From Paragordius varius (lineage: Eukaryota; Animalia; Nematomorpha): a DNA stretch of 64,000 bases. The notes beneath the pieces were generated by a model, which saw only the letters and a list, made by a program, of their open reading frames with translations, was not told the origin of the DNA and searched no databases. The stretch is from NCBI GenBank assembly GCA_964247055.1, contig OZ176053.1:5952001-6016000 (forward strand). Reading direction: 5' to 3'. Position 1 is the first letter of the stretch, and each line of letters starts with the position of its first letter. This document shows, piece after piece, positions 23,599-37,839 of this stretch. The position numbers and the translations under genes are program-made.

Positions 23599-26500
23599 TT
23601 ACGACCTGCAGATATAAATTAACTTACAAAACCCCTCAAAAAGATAACAGTTTATTTGGATAAATTGTATGTATATATATATTATATATATATATACCTG
23701 TTGATTTCAACCTCAAACATGATGGGTTCATTATCACCATCTTCAGAATTTTGACATTTTTTAGCGGTTATATTGAGATTCGATAATGTGTCACCAATAA
23801 ACTCCCTAGTTTCATTTCCTTTGCTTGAATTATCTTTGGAATCGATATCAATTTCTTCGTAATTGTGATATATGGGTTCCGGTTTTGCCATATTTTTGTT
23901 GGGCACAATATCTTCATAACTGAAAGGTCATATAATAAAGTTTAAATATTTTTACAAATAATGTATAAAATTATATATATTAAAGATTAAAACTATGGGT
24001 TTCAAAACAGTGTTTTTCTTATATTAATAATTTAAAAATATAGTGTCACATACTTGGCATCAATGTATATGAGAGATGGGCTTTTTTCTTTAACACTTTG
24101 GTGTTTAGAGACACCTTTATTGGATTCTTGATCACATTTACGTGGTAATTTAGCACCGTTTGATATCATTCTTTTATTATGATTATTATTGATATCTATG
24201 TATGTTTGTTGTGTTTGACATATAAAATTGTCGGATTGCAGGATAGCTGTTTCAAGTGTCGGTAAGGCGGCGTTTAAAGGAGAATGCCGAGCCTTTAAGG
24301 AGGCATTCGTTTTATTATGTCTTGAGGTAGGTATATCACTAAGAGCTGTCGTATTAAGTTTTGTCACCAAGGGTGATTCTGGACCATAAGTCAACGTTTT
24401 ATCGTGAAGTGCAGATGGGGTAAAACTTCTCCGACCACTACTACAAAGATTATTAAGTATTGAAGAGTTATGATCAAACATATTTTTCGTGTCCGTAGGT
24501 GATAAAAAAAGATTAGATAATCGTGTGTGCATAATTTGCATCTGGTTATCAGAGGTGTAATCAATAGTGTCACCTGTTTTATGCGCATCATTATTTATAT
24601 ACTTTACATTATTATTGGTGGTGGTGGATACCATTTCAGAGCTAGATTGGCCGCCTGTAGTCTTGTTTGAGTTTGTATTGCTATTGAAGGAAAATGTACT
24701 TGAATACGATGATATAGTCGAATAATACGCTGTATGTGGGGTATTTGGTTGATATTGATAATAGCTATCGATTTCGTTGCCGCCGCAATTTGGATAATTA
24801 AAAGGCTTCTCCCCAAGCGAATTATTTAAGTGTCTTTGAAAATGAATGTTTAATGTGTTATTCAATTCAGAATTTTCCCTTGTCAAAGGAAGACCTAACC
24901 CTTTCAGTTTAGGCTTAATTTTATGATTTTTTTTACATTTCCCTAAGTCTGTCGCCTTAGTATTGTCCTGCTTATTTATATCTGATAACAATTTGGTTAT
25001 CACCTTCCTGTGTCTAGGACCTATTGAGGATGGAATATCTTTGGTTGTTGAATGATTAATACTAATATCATCATTATATATTGCACTATGGTGTTTCGAC
25101 TTACCATTTAACACATCATTCGATACCAATGATATACAATTACAGTTATTTTGATTACTGGAGCTGTCAATATCTGTCTGCTTGTCTGTCTTAGTTTGAC
25201 GATCGGTAACACTAAAATTGGGTATATTATCAATTTTAGGGTCACGATTATTACTTTTTTTGCTTGCTACACGCCGTAACGTAGAAAAGATATTGTTGGA
25301 ATAATTAATGGCCGAATTTATAAACCCATCTTTAATTTGTTCATTTTGGTGATTTCCATCACCACAAGATTTGGCTAATGAAGTTTTAGACACATTTTTT
25401 GTAATGCCTCTATCAGACTCCCTAGTTTCATCGTCAAAGAAATTTGACCTGGAAGTCGTTAAGGGGGCTGACGCCTTAAAAAGGGTAGAACTAGAGTATT
25501 TTTTGAGAAGTGAGTATTTGGTAGATGATTTGTGGTTATTACCCTCATTATGCACATTTTTATGTAATAAGAGATTAGGAGAATTCAAATACAGCGGGGA
25601 TGATATAAGATCATTAGTAGACGAATCTATCAACAAGTTTTGGTGAAGGGCCAATGCGTTACTTACTTGGTTTAAATTGGCTTCAATATTGGTTAACTAT
25701 AGAATATAAAAAAAGTTTTTTATAAATGTGAAAATGTTTTTTATCAATATTTAAGGAACGGTTACAAATTAATTAAAATCAACGTTAGTTTAAACCAATA
25801 ATGTGTGCATATTTAAGCGTTTAAAACCTTATTGCAGGCATCTTCATAGGCTTGTCTTCGCATTTTACGGACATTCCGATTCAAACCTTTTTCTTGGCTT
25901 AGGGCTAAAGCCGCTTTACAAATTTTGATTTGAACTTCGCGCTGGAGGCGAAACTCTTGAACTTGGGCGCAAAGTCGATTGATTGTTTCTTGGAGACAGG
26001 AATCTAAAAAGATAAATAAAATTTTAAAACTATATTTTTTGAGTTGTAACTTAAAGGTTTTAATGCATCCAAATTAAATACAAAATATTTTTGATAATTA
26101 CCAATTTATAATTATAGTATTGTCATAAAACGACACCAATTAAAAAAATATATTTTTATGAATTCTACCTTGTAAATCTATGGCATTTTGACCATTAATC
26201 ACATTATTTGGGGTTAATGTAAAATCTTTGCTCAGGAGTTCAGCATGATTCCATGCAAAATGTGTAGTGGAATCAAGTGTAGTATGTGGAGTTGCACTGT
26301 TGTTAAGGACATTCAATGCAATCGGTGTTTTAAGCACAGATGGGCTAAAACTAAATTGATTTGTGGTTGGCAGCATACATTCTTTCCCAAATTTCGTCTC
26401 TTTTGCAATAGAGTAATTATTATTATGATTAACGTTAATATCCATATTTTGAGATTCATTAGATGGTAGAACAAGGGATGGTACGATACTAAGTCTAGGC

Positions 26501-29500
26501 TCACTTTTTCGACGTCTCCCCAACGTTTGGGTAAATTTGTGCCTCAAAGAGCGCTTAGACGTTAATGATTGTTGATTGGAATTGGTGTTTGCAAAAGTGT
26601 TGATTGTAACCATATTAATATTATTATGTGGATATAATTGATTACAACTGCTAGTTGTTGTGAGCTTAGAGACGTGAGATAAATCTTTACTTAATAAAAG
26701 GTTTTCTTGAGGGCAAATTACTGATTCCGAGGGATATAATGCGTTCAAAATTTCCTATATATATATATAATATATCCTAAAGAATAGATTAACTTTGGTT
26801 GAAAGTATATATGGAAAAAATTTTTATGATAAAAAACCTACAGGGATTTTAAAAGTTTTTTTTTCGAGATTTTATAAATATATTTTTTACTGTTTCTTGG
26901 TCATGGAGTTGACATAGGTAAGCCTTTTTCTCCTCCAATTCAGCAAGCAGCAGACCCCGTTTGTATAATAATTTATCGCGTGCACCTATTAAAATATTAT
27001 TTAATAATAAAGATAACAATTTCAAAAAAGGGCAGATGAAGATATGGCCATACGTTCAAAAATTAAAAAATGGATTGTTTTAAAAAATTATTTATAATTT
27101 TGACTATTTGTTCATTTCGAAACTACAAATCATTCATATCTTCATCACAATAATTCGAAACCACTATCGTGCTTTTTCCATGCCATATCTGAAAACTTAT
27201 TTTTATTTATACTAATGAATATAAAGTTAGTCAGATAAATTTAATATCATATTGTATAATAATAAAAATAAACTTGTTAATGAAAGAAGAACATCGTTTT
27301 GATTTTCATCGACTAATTTAATTTTGCAATCCGATTCAATACTAACATTGTCGGTAGAAATTTTAGGTTTAGTAACGCCATAACCTTGTGTTTCGTCGTC
27401 GTCGTTTAAAACTTTTCGATGATTATTCATTGTTTTGGGTTTTGACATAATATCCCCGACATAAGATGTTGTATTTAAGTCCAAACTCGTAATGATACCA
27501 TTAAATTTGTCAATATCAATCTGTATATTTTTCATAATGCGAATATAAATTACAGTCATGCATAGGAACTTTTGTGGTTGGTGTTTTCAATGTGTAATAT
27601 TTTTTATTATTTTTTACATAAACATAATTTAAACGGAACAAGATATTTATTAAAAAAGAACTTTATTATTTTAAAAAATATAAAATTAATTTTATTATAT
27701 GACTGTATGCATTTTTATTACCCAAACATACTTATTTTCGAAAAAAACTCAAATCTAAATATTTAATTCCAAACCTTATCATCTCTGTGTTCATTGTAAA
27801 AATGATGCATTGAAACAGCCAATGACCAAAGAGTGGCGGCTAAATGCGAACTTTCCATGTACCAACTTAACACTCTAATTTCTTCCCCGCTGCTATTTAC
27901 GGTGATTGTCGTCATTGATAGGAGGGCATTCTCAGTTACGCTATTATTGATGAAACTTAAGCCCCTGCGATATTTTAAAGTACAATTACATTTAGCTTTA
28001 TTTTGAGCGTAATATTCAAATGACGTGTAATATATATCGCATTACTGATTGAAACATTACGTATTCAAAAAAATATTTTTTTCAGGGAAAGAACCGAAAC
28101 CATCAGTTTCTTGAAAATCGCCAAAACAGTATTTTTCCCTTGTAACTAAGTTTTTACAACATATTTTTATCATTTTTAACACATAAAAGAGTGGAAAATA
28201 TTCTATTTATCTGATTTTTTATATTCAACTACATTCTAATTTAGCGCTTTTTAAACACTATCATGGAAAAACAATGGAAAAGCAACCATTTGGTAAACTA
28301 TAGATAAAACAACTGTCTAAAAAATCATGGTATATATAATCCATATTAGTTTATATCTATATCCCAGCAAAATTTTTAGGAAAACATTTTAACTAGATAT
28401 AATTAGTCTTTTCTCAAAATCAGAATTTTAAATTGACAGTAACATATATTTAAACTCAATTTACATTCGAAACAAACTGAGCAAATCAAATATTTTTTTA
28501 CCCATCTGCGTTAACGTTTCGATCACGGATTTCCATACAAAATTTCCGGTCTTTAAAGTACAAATTCACAATTTGCCCCCATTCATACACGCATAAGATG
28601 TGAGTCGGGTCATTGGGTAAAGTTTGTGTAAAACCATTATAACCGATTCCCATCCAATAACGCACATTATGTTTATCCTAAAATCAATATGATATAATTA
28701 ATACGTGTAAATTTAAAGTTTTATTATCAAATAAATTAAAATAATCAATTAAATTTAAACGATGTTTTTCGATTATTAATATTAATCTTTGTCAAACGTA
28801 ATAAGAAACTAAAACAACAATAAAATTAGAGGAATATAATAATAATCGTCATTAGCAAATAATATATTCATACTGTGCTACATTTACAAAAGGATTATTT
28901 GAATGGTTTAATCAAAATTTTGCAAAAACTTTTTTTACAAAAAATCGTTACATGACAGTTATAATGGAATAAACCTTGATAGCATAATAATGGATTCCGT
29001 ACGTTGGTGTTTTTTCAAGTCGTTTCAGGAATCTAATGAAATAGTAAGAAAGTTATACACAGTAATAAAAAACAGAATATAAGAAAGAAAAGACGAACAT
29101 GATATATTCATCAAATCAAATTACAATGATAGATTAAATATTTAACTTAAAATATGACAAGATTTGAGCCAAAAAATCGATATGTTAAGTAAAATCCAAA
29201 AAAATTTTCGTTTTACATTAGAAAAGATGAAATATTTGATTGAGAAAAGAAAATTTCTTTACAAAGTTTTTAGACGGAAAAATTTAAATCTAAAAATATA
29301 CTCAATAATTGCTTGGCCTCGACTCAAGTCAACATATTTTCTCCCATATTTATTGATAATTTCATGGATTAATGATTGGTCACCAATACAACTATCCTCA
29401 TTATTTATCTGGGTTGAGTATCTGGAAACTAAAATTGCTAATGAATCTTTTACACCATAATTTTGGTTTTTAGAGCTGTTTAATACATTTGTTAATTGTT

Positions 29501-30134
29501 TTAATATGTTTTCCAACACACAAAATTCTGATTCAAGCATATATTGACTAATGATTGAAGTATTATCTTTTGAGGTGCGATTATATTTTGAAAATTTCTT
29601 AGATTCGGGATTTGTCAAGCATTCAATGTGACAGAGGAGGGCAAGAATGGCCTTGGCATTTGATGTGTTGGTGATAATTAAATTCCCCTAAAATCATTTA
29701 TTTTTATAATGCAAAATATCTCTTAGGCATGATAAATATCATATATCGTTATATTGAATTTCTAATATATTTATTTTGAATTAAAAGAAAAGGGTAATTA
29801 AAATGGGTACGATCATTATTATTTTAGCCGAAAAATCGGTTAAATACTGTAAAAGAATTAAGTAGTCTAAAAATTACCTGTATTAAAATTACACTTACCG
29901 TTAAAAGAAGGTGTCTATTTTGGGCATAAAACATTTCTATCGATCGATAATCGGGGATATGCATGATTGTGTATGGATAAAATCTGTTTCATAAATAAGG
30001 GATTATAAATAAGCTTGTGTAAATTCAAACTTAAATCAAACTTATATTGAAAAACTATATATATATATATATTAATAAACTTTAAATGAATAAATAAATA
30101 ATTTTTAATTCTTAAACCATCCTTAAATTGAAAA

Positions 30135-30172
<38 letters not shown>

Positions 30173-30998
30173 TAAACTTTAAATGAGTAAATAAATAATT
30201 TGGGTTTTAACCTTATTTATCGTATTTTGATTGTACTCAAAAACAGTTTATGATTTACAATTAATAATAAACATAAATCAAATTTTACCGAATTTTAAAA
30301 TATAGGTTGAGAGTATTTGCTGTTTTTTCTGAGGATACATAATTTTCCGAACTAGAATTTTTAGTTTTTTCTTTGTCGGCAATGGTCATAGTATTAAGAT
30401 ATTCATGACTCAGGACATATTTATCCATTTGTAACCAATAAATTTGAGTTGTGCTAAAAATTCGAAAAAAACGAGTTTAAATATTTTTTATTGGTTTTAA
30501 TTTTGATGGAAGAAAATTTAAGCACCCATAATAAAGTAATTCAACCGTTAAAACACTAGTAAAAACATTTTTTACAAAAGGATTAATTCAGAAATCTAAT
30601 GAAATGGAAAATATACATAAATTTTAGATCGTTTTTAATTAAAATGTCAAAAGGAGATTTTGAAGTATACACGGAAAAAATAAATTTTAGGAGACTTTTA
30701 TTTGTAAATATACCGATTTTCACAAAAATATCTTTTAAAGTATAAAAAATTACTCATTCTCATGAATATAACAGATGCCAAAATATTCTTTGGCTTTAAT
30801 GTTGTAATGGGAGCATACAATGTCCAACAATTCACCCGCATATAAACGTGGCTAGTTTTTTGTTTGTAAAAACCAAATTTTAATTTTAAATCCAAACATT
30901 TACAAAATTAAATTAAAATTATAGTTAATTTATACCTGAATACTAATCTCCAGATATGTATCATTGCAATGGATATGAGATTTACGGGCCTCATGCAT
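23599..30998 (-). CDS. FRMD4: FERM domain-containing protein 4-like (FERM + CUPID/DUF3338 cytohesin-binding coiled coil + long low-complexity tail), about 15 exons, about 1,400 aa
   Basis: Exons 30998-30936, 30851-30754, 30453-30289, 29983-29899, 29687-29302, 29032-28975, 28677-28502, 27964-27775, 27520-27274, 26985-26891, 26754-26169, 26003-25828, 25696-24054, 23919-23698, 23605-23599; phase-consistent. FERM motifs: ELLDIVCSHYNIKAKEYFGI, WLQMDKYVLSHE, LYFKIRFYP, SRGQAIIEF, PTYGIHYYAIKDK, EWGQIVNLYFKDRKFCMEI, LWSLAVSMHHFY. CUPID motifs: ELEEKKAYLCQLHDQE and REVQIKICKAALALSQEKGLNRNVRKMRRQAYEDACNKLTNIE. The exon 9 donor and the last exon are uncertain. Confidence 0.88.
30046..30201. repeat. Local about 80-bp direct duplication, each copy containing a (TA)n tract of different length
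   Basis: attgaaaaacta(TA)n ttaataaactttaaatga.taaataaataattt occurs at 30046 and 30127. Confidence 0.85.
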
Positions 30999-33917
30999 CT
31001 GTAATAGGTTTGAAAAATAATTATATAAACATAAAAATATGCATAAACAATTTCGAAAAAAATTGAATATATGATTGTTATGAACGATGAAAGATTTGTT
31101 GTTATTATTAGTAGTAATGAAAAACCCATACTCGTAAATTAAGGCATCTAAATTTTTGGCAAAAAATGTACTGGAAATTATTTATGCTGTTCGCACTTAA
31201 AGTAGTGTACGGTAAAACACAACAAATGGTTGAAATTAAATATTTTTTGCTATCTTATTTAATTATGGACAAAGTTTATTTTAAACAAAACGCTTGCATT
31301 TATAATTATTTGTATGGTTTAATTTATTTTCCAGTTTTATAAAATTATTTATTCTAAAGCTTGTACCAACATTCTCTACCTCACAATAATAGAAACAACT
31401 TTTGTAATGCAAGATTTCACTTTTAATTTTCTTACATATACAACGAAATAAAAGATGATTGATTAAATTTTTCCTCTCTAAACGCTCAGACGCCCGACAA
31501 AAGCGAATTTTTCAAACAATTTTCTCACCATATTTTGAGAATTTCAATCAAAAAAGCCATTCTATTATTGTGAGTCTTGAAGTCTTACGCATAACGCCTT
31601 AAAATATCAGGATTTGATATTTGCTGATTTACAAAAAATAATTAATGTAAAAACTTTTTTAAGATTTTTATTTTAAATTGAGAGAGCTGTCATATAACTA
31701 AAGATTGTCAGCATTTTCTGGGTGTTTTGATGAATCATCGCTTTTATATTGATTGTCATAGAAAACCAAAAAGTAAGCGAGATGGATTGTTAATAAAATT
31801 ATTCATTCATTAGTAATTATCCTAATAAAAAAATGTTATTTAACACCATACCAATCATAAAAAAATATATAAATTTTATTCTCAGCAGAAACATAAGACG
31901 ACGACCGACTGATATTATGTTAAAACATGCAATAAAAAAGAACAATAAGAATATAACCTACCTCAACCTATGACAAATTAGCAATTTTTTTACCTGTACC
32001 ACCTCTTTACAAAAAAAGGAAATAAAGTTGTCATAAAACACATCAAAGGGATATGCTGTTTTTTGTTTGTGTCGGTATATGGAATATATATATATATATA
32101 TGCTTACATTTTATAATTTAAGTTAATTATGCAAATTAGTCGTTCAAGTAGAGAAAGAAATTTTTCGATTTGCTGCCTAATTAGTAGAAAAATTAAGTTA
32201 TATTAAGTATTCAGATGAAAAAAACTACAAAAACAGACACAGGAATATATCAATCAAAGATAAATTTACAATGTATATCATTTTTGCGGCGGATAATGTT
32301 GTCTAATGCGATTGTTAAAAGATTTTAAAAAATCAACTTTCGATTTCTAAATTTTATACTGATTGGTAAGATGGTTTATGTAAAATCCTGAAATTCGTAA
32401 ACTATTATCCGTAAATACTGAATCTATAATTATACCTTTCAGAAATTGCTGTTTATGTTGATTAAAAAATAAAATTCTCACCTAACTGAAATAATGAATT
32501 GACCTAAGATGAGATCAGAGTTATATACAATTGATGATATTTAGAAGAGGGATTTTTTTCTATCATGAAAATGGCATGAAAAAGTTATATCAAATACTTA
32601 TCTTATTTTTTGAAAAATCAACTCTTGATATTGGTCCAATCTTTTGTTAAAAATAAATCTATAAATAATCAATAATGAACTCTGACTAAAGCAAACAAAT
32701 CTATATAGAAATGAATATATTCAAAGATCTGTAGATCTAAACTAAATAAACAAACATAAAGCCTTTGAAATATGTATTTTAGACAAATAAGGGAAAGTTT
32801 TATATATCTGAAATTGAGATCTTACCACAAAAATGATATTGTGAGATCAAGTTCATAAAAGAAAAATAAGAATCTTCAAATATACATATATATATTATTT
32901 AGATTTATTTCTAAACCCGAAGATGTCATAGATAGCATATGATGGGATAATTTATGGCGAATGTCCCCTTAAAATAATATCATATATATATAGGATCTCA
33001 ATTTTAAAGTTATGTTTGAAATTAAATATACCCTCCCAGCAAACTTACGAGTTTGTCGGTATTTAGAGCGCCTAATATGATATTTTGTGTAATTATTATT
33101 ATACTATGAAAAATTTAAATATTCATTACGAATAATACACAACATACACTGTTTAGCCCATTTTACGAAAAATCGGCGGGCCGCATCTGAAAATATATGG
33201 GCATTAATAAAAATTTTACTAGATTTCAAACATGAAACTGTAATAAATTCCAACACAAAAAATTCTCATTAGATTACCACCAATTTTTGCCAAAATCTAA
33301 TAAAAGGTTGAAATTGACATTATATGTTAATAGCAATTTGCGAATAATGTAGTTTTATAAGTTCGTATTTTAATTTTTCTTGGGCGTAAAAAAACTTGGA
33401 GGGTCGTATGCGGCCTGCATTACATACCACTGGGTTAGAGGATAAATAAATTATCGCCATTTTAAAGATAATAAATGGGCTGTCTCCCTTCAAAGTACAA
33501 GATTAATAGGTAGAACTAGAAAGCAGTACGCTAGGACCCCAATGGAGAGTTATCGTATTCATTTTAAATATTTATATATACATGCTTTAAATAAAATACC
33601 CCATATAATCTCCTGAATATACCAGTCATAATTTAATCCCAAGTAAATTTGGAATATTGTAGATAAATTGGATAATTACTAAAAATTTGAACAAAATATA
33701 AACTTTGCTCAAAAAAATAATTTTGACATGTCACATCGCGTATAAAAAATAATTAATTTTTTCGGACACATTTGGTAAAACAGTTTTTTTTACTATGGGA
33801 TAAAAATATAAAATTATAATTTATATTGTATTATAATCAAATATAAACGCAAAAACACATAAAAGGTAGAAACAGCATGATTGAAAGAAAGCATATATAT
33901 TTTTTCATTAATATTTA

Positions 33918-34089
33918 CAGTGGCGTATGCAGTAAAAGATTGTTAGTGCAAAATAATCTTAATGAACACAAAACAGGGGGACAATTTTCATATATTAATT
34001 ATCATTCAGTCCTATTTATAAACATATCCATAATATCCCCCTGTTTTAGATTACTTTGCACTAACAATCTTTTACTGCATACGCCACTG
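33918..34089. mobile_element. TA-target (Tc1/mariner-type) MITE, 172 bp
   Basis: Perfect 35-bp TIR cagtggcgtatgcagtaaaagattgttagtgcaaa / tttgcactaacaatcttttactgcatacgccactg, flanked by TA on both sides. Confidence 0.88.
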
Positions 34090-36309
34090 TATTATGTAAA
34101 ATGATTTTATATGGTAAAAATTTTCACGTAAAAATCAAAATCTAGTGATTTGATCAATAAATAGTAATTCTTTCTAATATCCATCAATGTCTTTGCTGTT
34201 TATATTCATATATATAAATCAATGTTACAGCTTAATATAAATAAACAAAGAAGGGAATTTTATATATATATAGCATTTAATACATATAAAAATTGATGAT
34301 TGAAGTGGACATGCAGCAGGATTAATGGATAAATTGTATAAAAGGGTCCCCCTCCTTTTGTTAAAATATATTTTTTACGTATAATAATACAATATAGTAC
34401 GTACCAGTAAGTGTATTTACATTTACAATGGGCAGTACATTCAAAAGACAATATTGAGCAAAAAGAACAGTAATATTAAAACATTTCCACTTGTCAAATC
34501 TGTGTGTGTGTATGTAGAAGGAAGTAAAAATACTAACTAATAATGTTTTAAGATATGCAAAATACAGAACTATAAAAAGGGTTCAAATAACCCTATAGCC
34601 AATGATTTAGTTATAAATGAATTTATTGAGGTAGAAAAAATATGAATAAAATTATTACATGAAATATTGCTTAAATGTAACAACAAATGAATAAAAATAT
34701 TTATCTAACATTTAATTGCATAGAATTCAAATGTACATTACAATAAATTGTTTTGCACATCATTAGTATATAATAATAATAGGTAGTAAGAGGTAACAAT
34801 TAAATTATTATGGTTTTTACACTTAGTACTACACAAATTGCGACAAAAAGGACAGATGTCACCATTTCAACATTATATTTCACAATTTAGGATAAATTCG
34901 ACAAACGGAAATTTAAAAATATATTGTTTGTATTCAGCGAATTATACAATGTGAGTTTTGTAAATTTGGCATTATTGAAGAACTACATACATATTAGGGA
35001 ATGAAAACAAAGAGTACATCACCATTCATTATATTGTTATTATCAATGTTATTGTGACTACATAATCCGTTACAATTTTTCTCCAACAAAATCAATTTTA
35101 AAAGAATTATTTTATTTGTATTCAATAATAAAGAAGAATTTTCCAATTTAAAAATAATCCTATTAACCTAAAAACGAATATGTGAAAATTTTAGAACTAT
35201 TTATTATTATTGAACACGTATATTTCAGACACACTCAATTAAATTAATTTAGTTGTTCAAATCAATTTTTTATAAACTATTTTTACATTTTAATAAGAGT
35301 ATTCGATTCGTTATTTATTTTAAAGTGACATTTTATTTAATTTGGAAAAACTATTTTTTTTATTAATAATAATCTCATTTTTTACGGATGAATAGACCTA
35401 TCAATTTGTAGCATGCATAAATATTCCATCATTATTTTTGGTGGTTGTATTAATATGCCATAACAATTTGCATAGATATTTCAAGTGAAATAGGTCAAGG
35501 GGATAAAAAAATAGAACCATTAACAAATAAATAATTGACTTATAAAAATAAATAAATAAGATGTTAAAATTTCGCGGTCCAATAACTTAAAAGATTAATA
35601 TATAATTGACATACATATATTGCCATAAGTATTTAAATGCTCCTCACACAATAAAATATATGACATAATTACATATAGTTAAAATTGGTCCCAATCTTAT
35701 ATAAAATATTTTTTATTGCCAATTTTAACGGAAAACTTAGATTTATACAATTAAGGGAATTTCCAAATAAAACTTTACGTTAAAAAAACTAATTAAATAT
35801 TAATTTATTATACAAATAATTTTTTTATCATCTACTTACTGCATTTTCCAAATTAATTTCCATGCCTCCCCTTCACATGTCATTTTTGCATCCTTCATTA
35901 AATTATAAATGATTTTTTGAGGTGGCATATGACCAAAAAAATTAATAAATAATTGGTTAAGCAACGGAATTCGTGATTTTTTTGGTTATTTGCATCTTTT
36001 ATGCTCTAAAAAATCAATTTATTTTATCCAGCAGGCATGAAAAGCGTTCGTTCTTAAATCATTATTTATTGTCAAAAACTTTTAATTTTTATTCTATATA
36101 TATATATATATTTATACATGTAAATAAAAAACTGTGAAACGGATTAAAGTTTAGATTTTATCTAAAGATTTATTTTGCTCGCTTTAGACACCTATCTTTT
36201 TTATGTTCTATGTCTTTTTTGATCAATTTGAGTTAAGAATTAAAGCATTATAATGATGTTATCTGATAAGGAAATGTTATTCGAAACTTAAAACATCAAT
36301 ATAAATTTA

Positions 36310-36427
36310 CAGTAGCGTATGATGTACAAAATGTTTTTCCATAATTTTATAAACAAAACTTATGTTAAAACCTAGGTAAAAAATTGTTTAATTCCAACCA
36401 TTCGTTGTTTATTATCATACGCTACTG
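36310..36427. mobile_element. TA-target MITE, 118 bp, with termini related to the 33918 element
   Basis: Perfect 14-bp TIR cagtagcgtatgat / atcatacgctactg with TA flanks. Confidence 0.78.
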
Positions 36428-37089
36428 TATAATAACGTAATAAAGGAAAAAAGAGAATTTTATTTTTGACAATACACAAACAAATCTCTTCCTGTAAAAA
36501 TAAAATTTTACGATTATAAAATTTATTTATTTTTACACATTATTGTTAAAACAAACAATGATGTACATATACAAATATAATGTAAAAATTGGTCCCATTT
36601 TATTGGAACCATAATTTAATTAGAATGCTAGATGGCTCTTTAAACTGCCAACAAACTCAAGTTACAAAAAATATCAATCTACAAAATATCGGCTGTCCTT
36701 GCAAAGTTAGTATAGCCCGATGCAAATTAGCACGTATTTTTATGCCAGATAATTTAAGCGCCAAAATTTAATATACAAGCAGTGGGAAAATATTTTTTGT
36801 GCCCGTTGCGCAGAATATATATAACTATTTTTTTCCAACGGGGAAATTTTGCTGATGCAATGAAGCTTATATCATATTCTATGGGATTATATAGCAGTGG
36901 TACATACCAAAAAAATTTGAAGGGGCCAAATTAAATAATTTTATTGTAGGACTGTGCACTACATACCAACAAATATTGCAAAGCTGTTTGATATATATAT
37001 ATAAGCAGATATTTATACCTTAAAAAACTACATTAAAAAAATAAGTGAATATTTCAAGGCCATTCTTATATGAAATATATGTTTTAAAT

Positions 37090-37125
37090 CAGGGCTGTCC
37101 AACACAAATTCGAGGACGGCATTTG

Positions 37126-37185
<60 letters not shown>

Positions 37186-37395
37186 ACATTCATAAATAGT
37201 TTATTTGGATTATGAAACTGTACAATGCAAAAGGAATTTAACAATTTTTTCTGGATCTTGTCAATTGGATATACTTATTTAGAAAAATTATTTAAGGAAT
37301 ATTAATTTTAGTAAGATTTTGTGAGCGTATTTTTGCAAATTATAAAATTTTTAGCGGGCCGCACATAAAGTCTGGGCGCGTGTTGGACACCCCTG
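37090..37395. mobile_element. hAT-type MITE, 306 bp, containing a long (TA)n microsatellite
   Basis: TIR cagggctgtccaacac / gtgttggacacccctg (15 of 16 match); perfect 8-bp TSD TTTTAAAT at 37082-37089 and 37396-37403; subterminal gcgggccgc motif; (TA)n at about 37135-37182. Confidence 0.9.
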
Positions 37396-37839
37396 TTTTA
37401 AATTATTTCAAAACAACGATATCAGGTGTATATTCGACTAACACAACTTTTTAATAGAGACTGGAGATAATTATTTTATGCGTCCTTCAATAAGGGTTTG
37501 GTGAATACTCCTCTACTAAGGGTGCCCAGATAATATGACCTAAACGCAGTACAAAACAAAAAAACCATTCTAATTAATTATATCATATTCTATAATGTTG
37601 AATATGAGCTGTATGTTTGATTAAAACCAATATCTGGAAGCAAAAATTAAATCTAAACCTATTTTTTGCTAAATAATACGTATGGAATTTTTAGGTACGA
37701 ATTCTATAAAAAATTGCCACCCTCAATGGCGTAATTCTTCACAATTAAATATATCTTCTTAGGAAATGAGATAATTATTAATTAGGCAAAAAAAAATTTT
37801 GAAAACTAAAAAGCAATTTTTTCATTAACACTCCATGAG

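Noticed and set aside
27040-27190. Possible extra micro-exon (NMAWKKHDS) or tiny intron in FRMD4 between 27274 and 26985
   Set aside because: The donor is weak, most splice combinations give stops, and the direct 27274-to-26985 join is already in frame.
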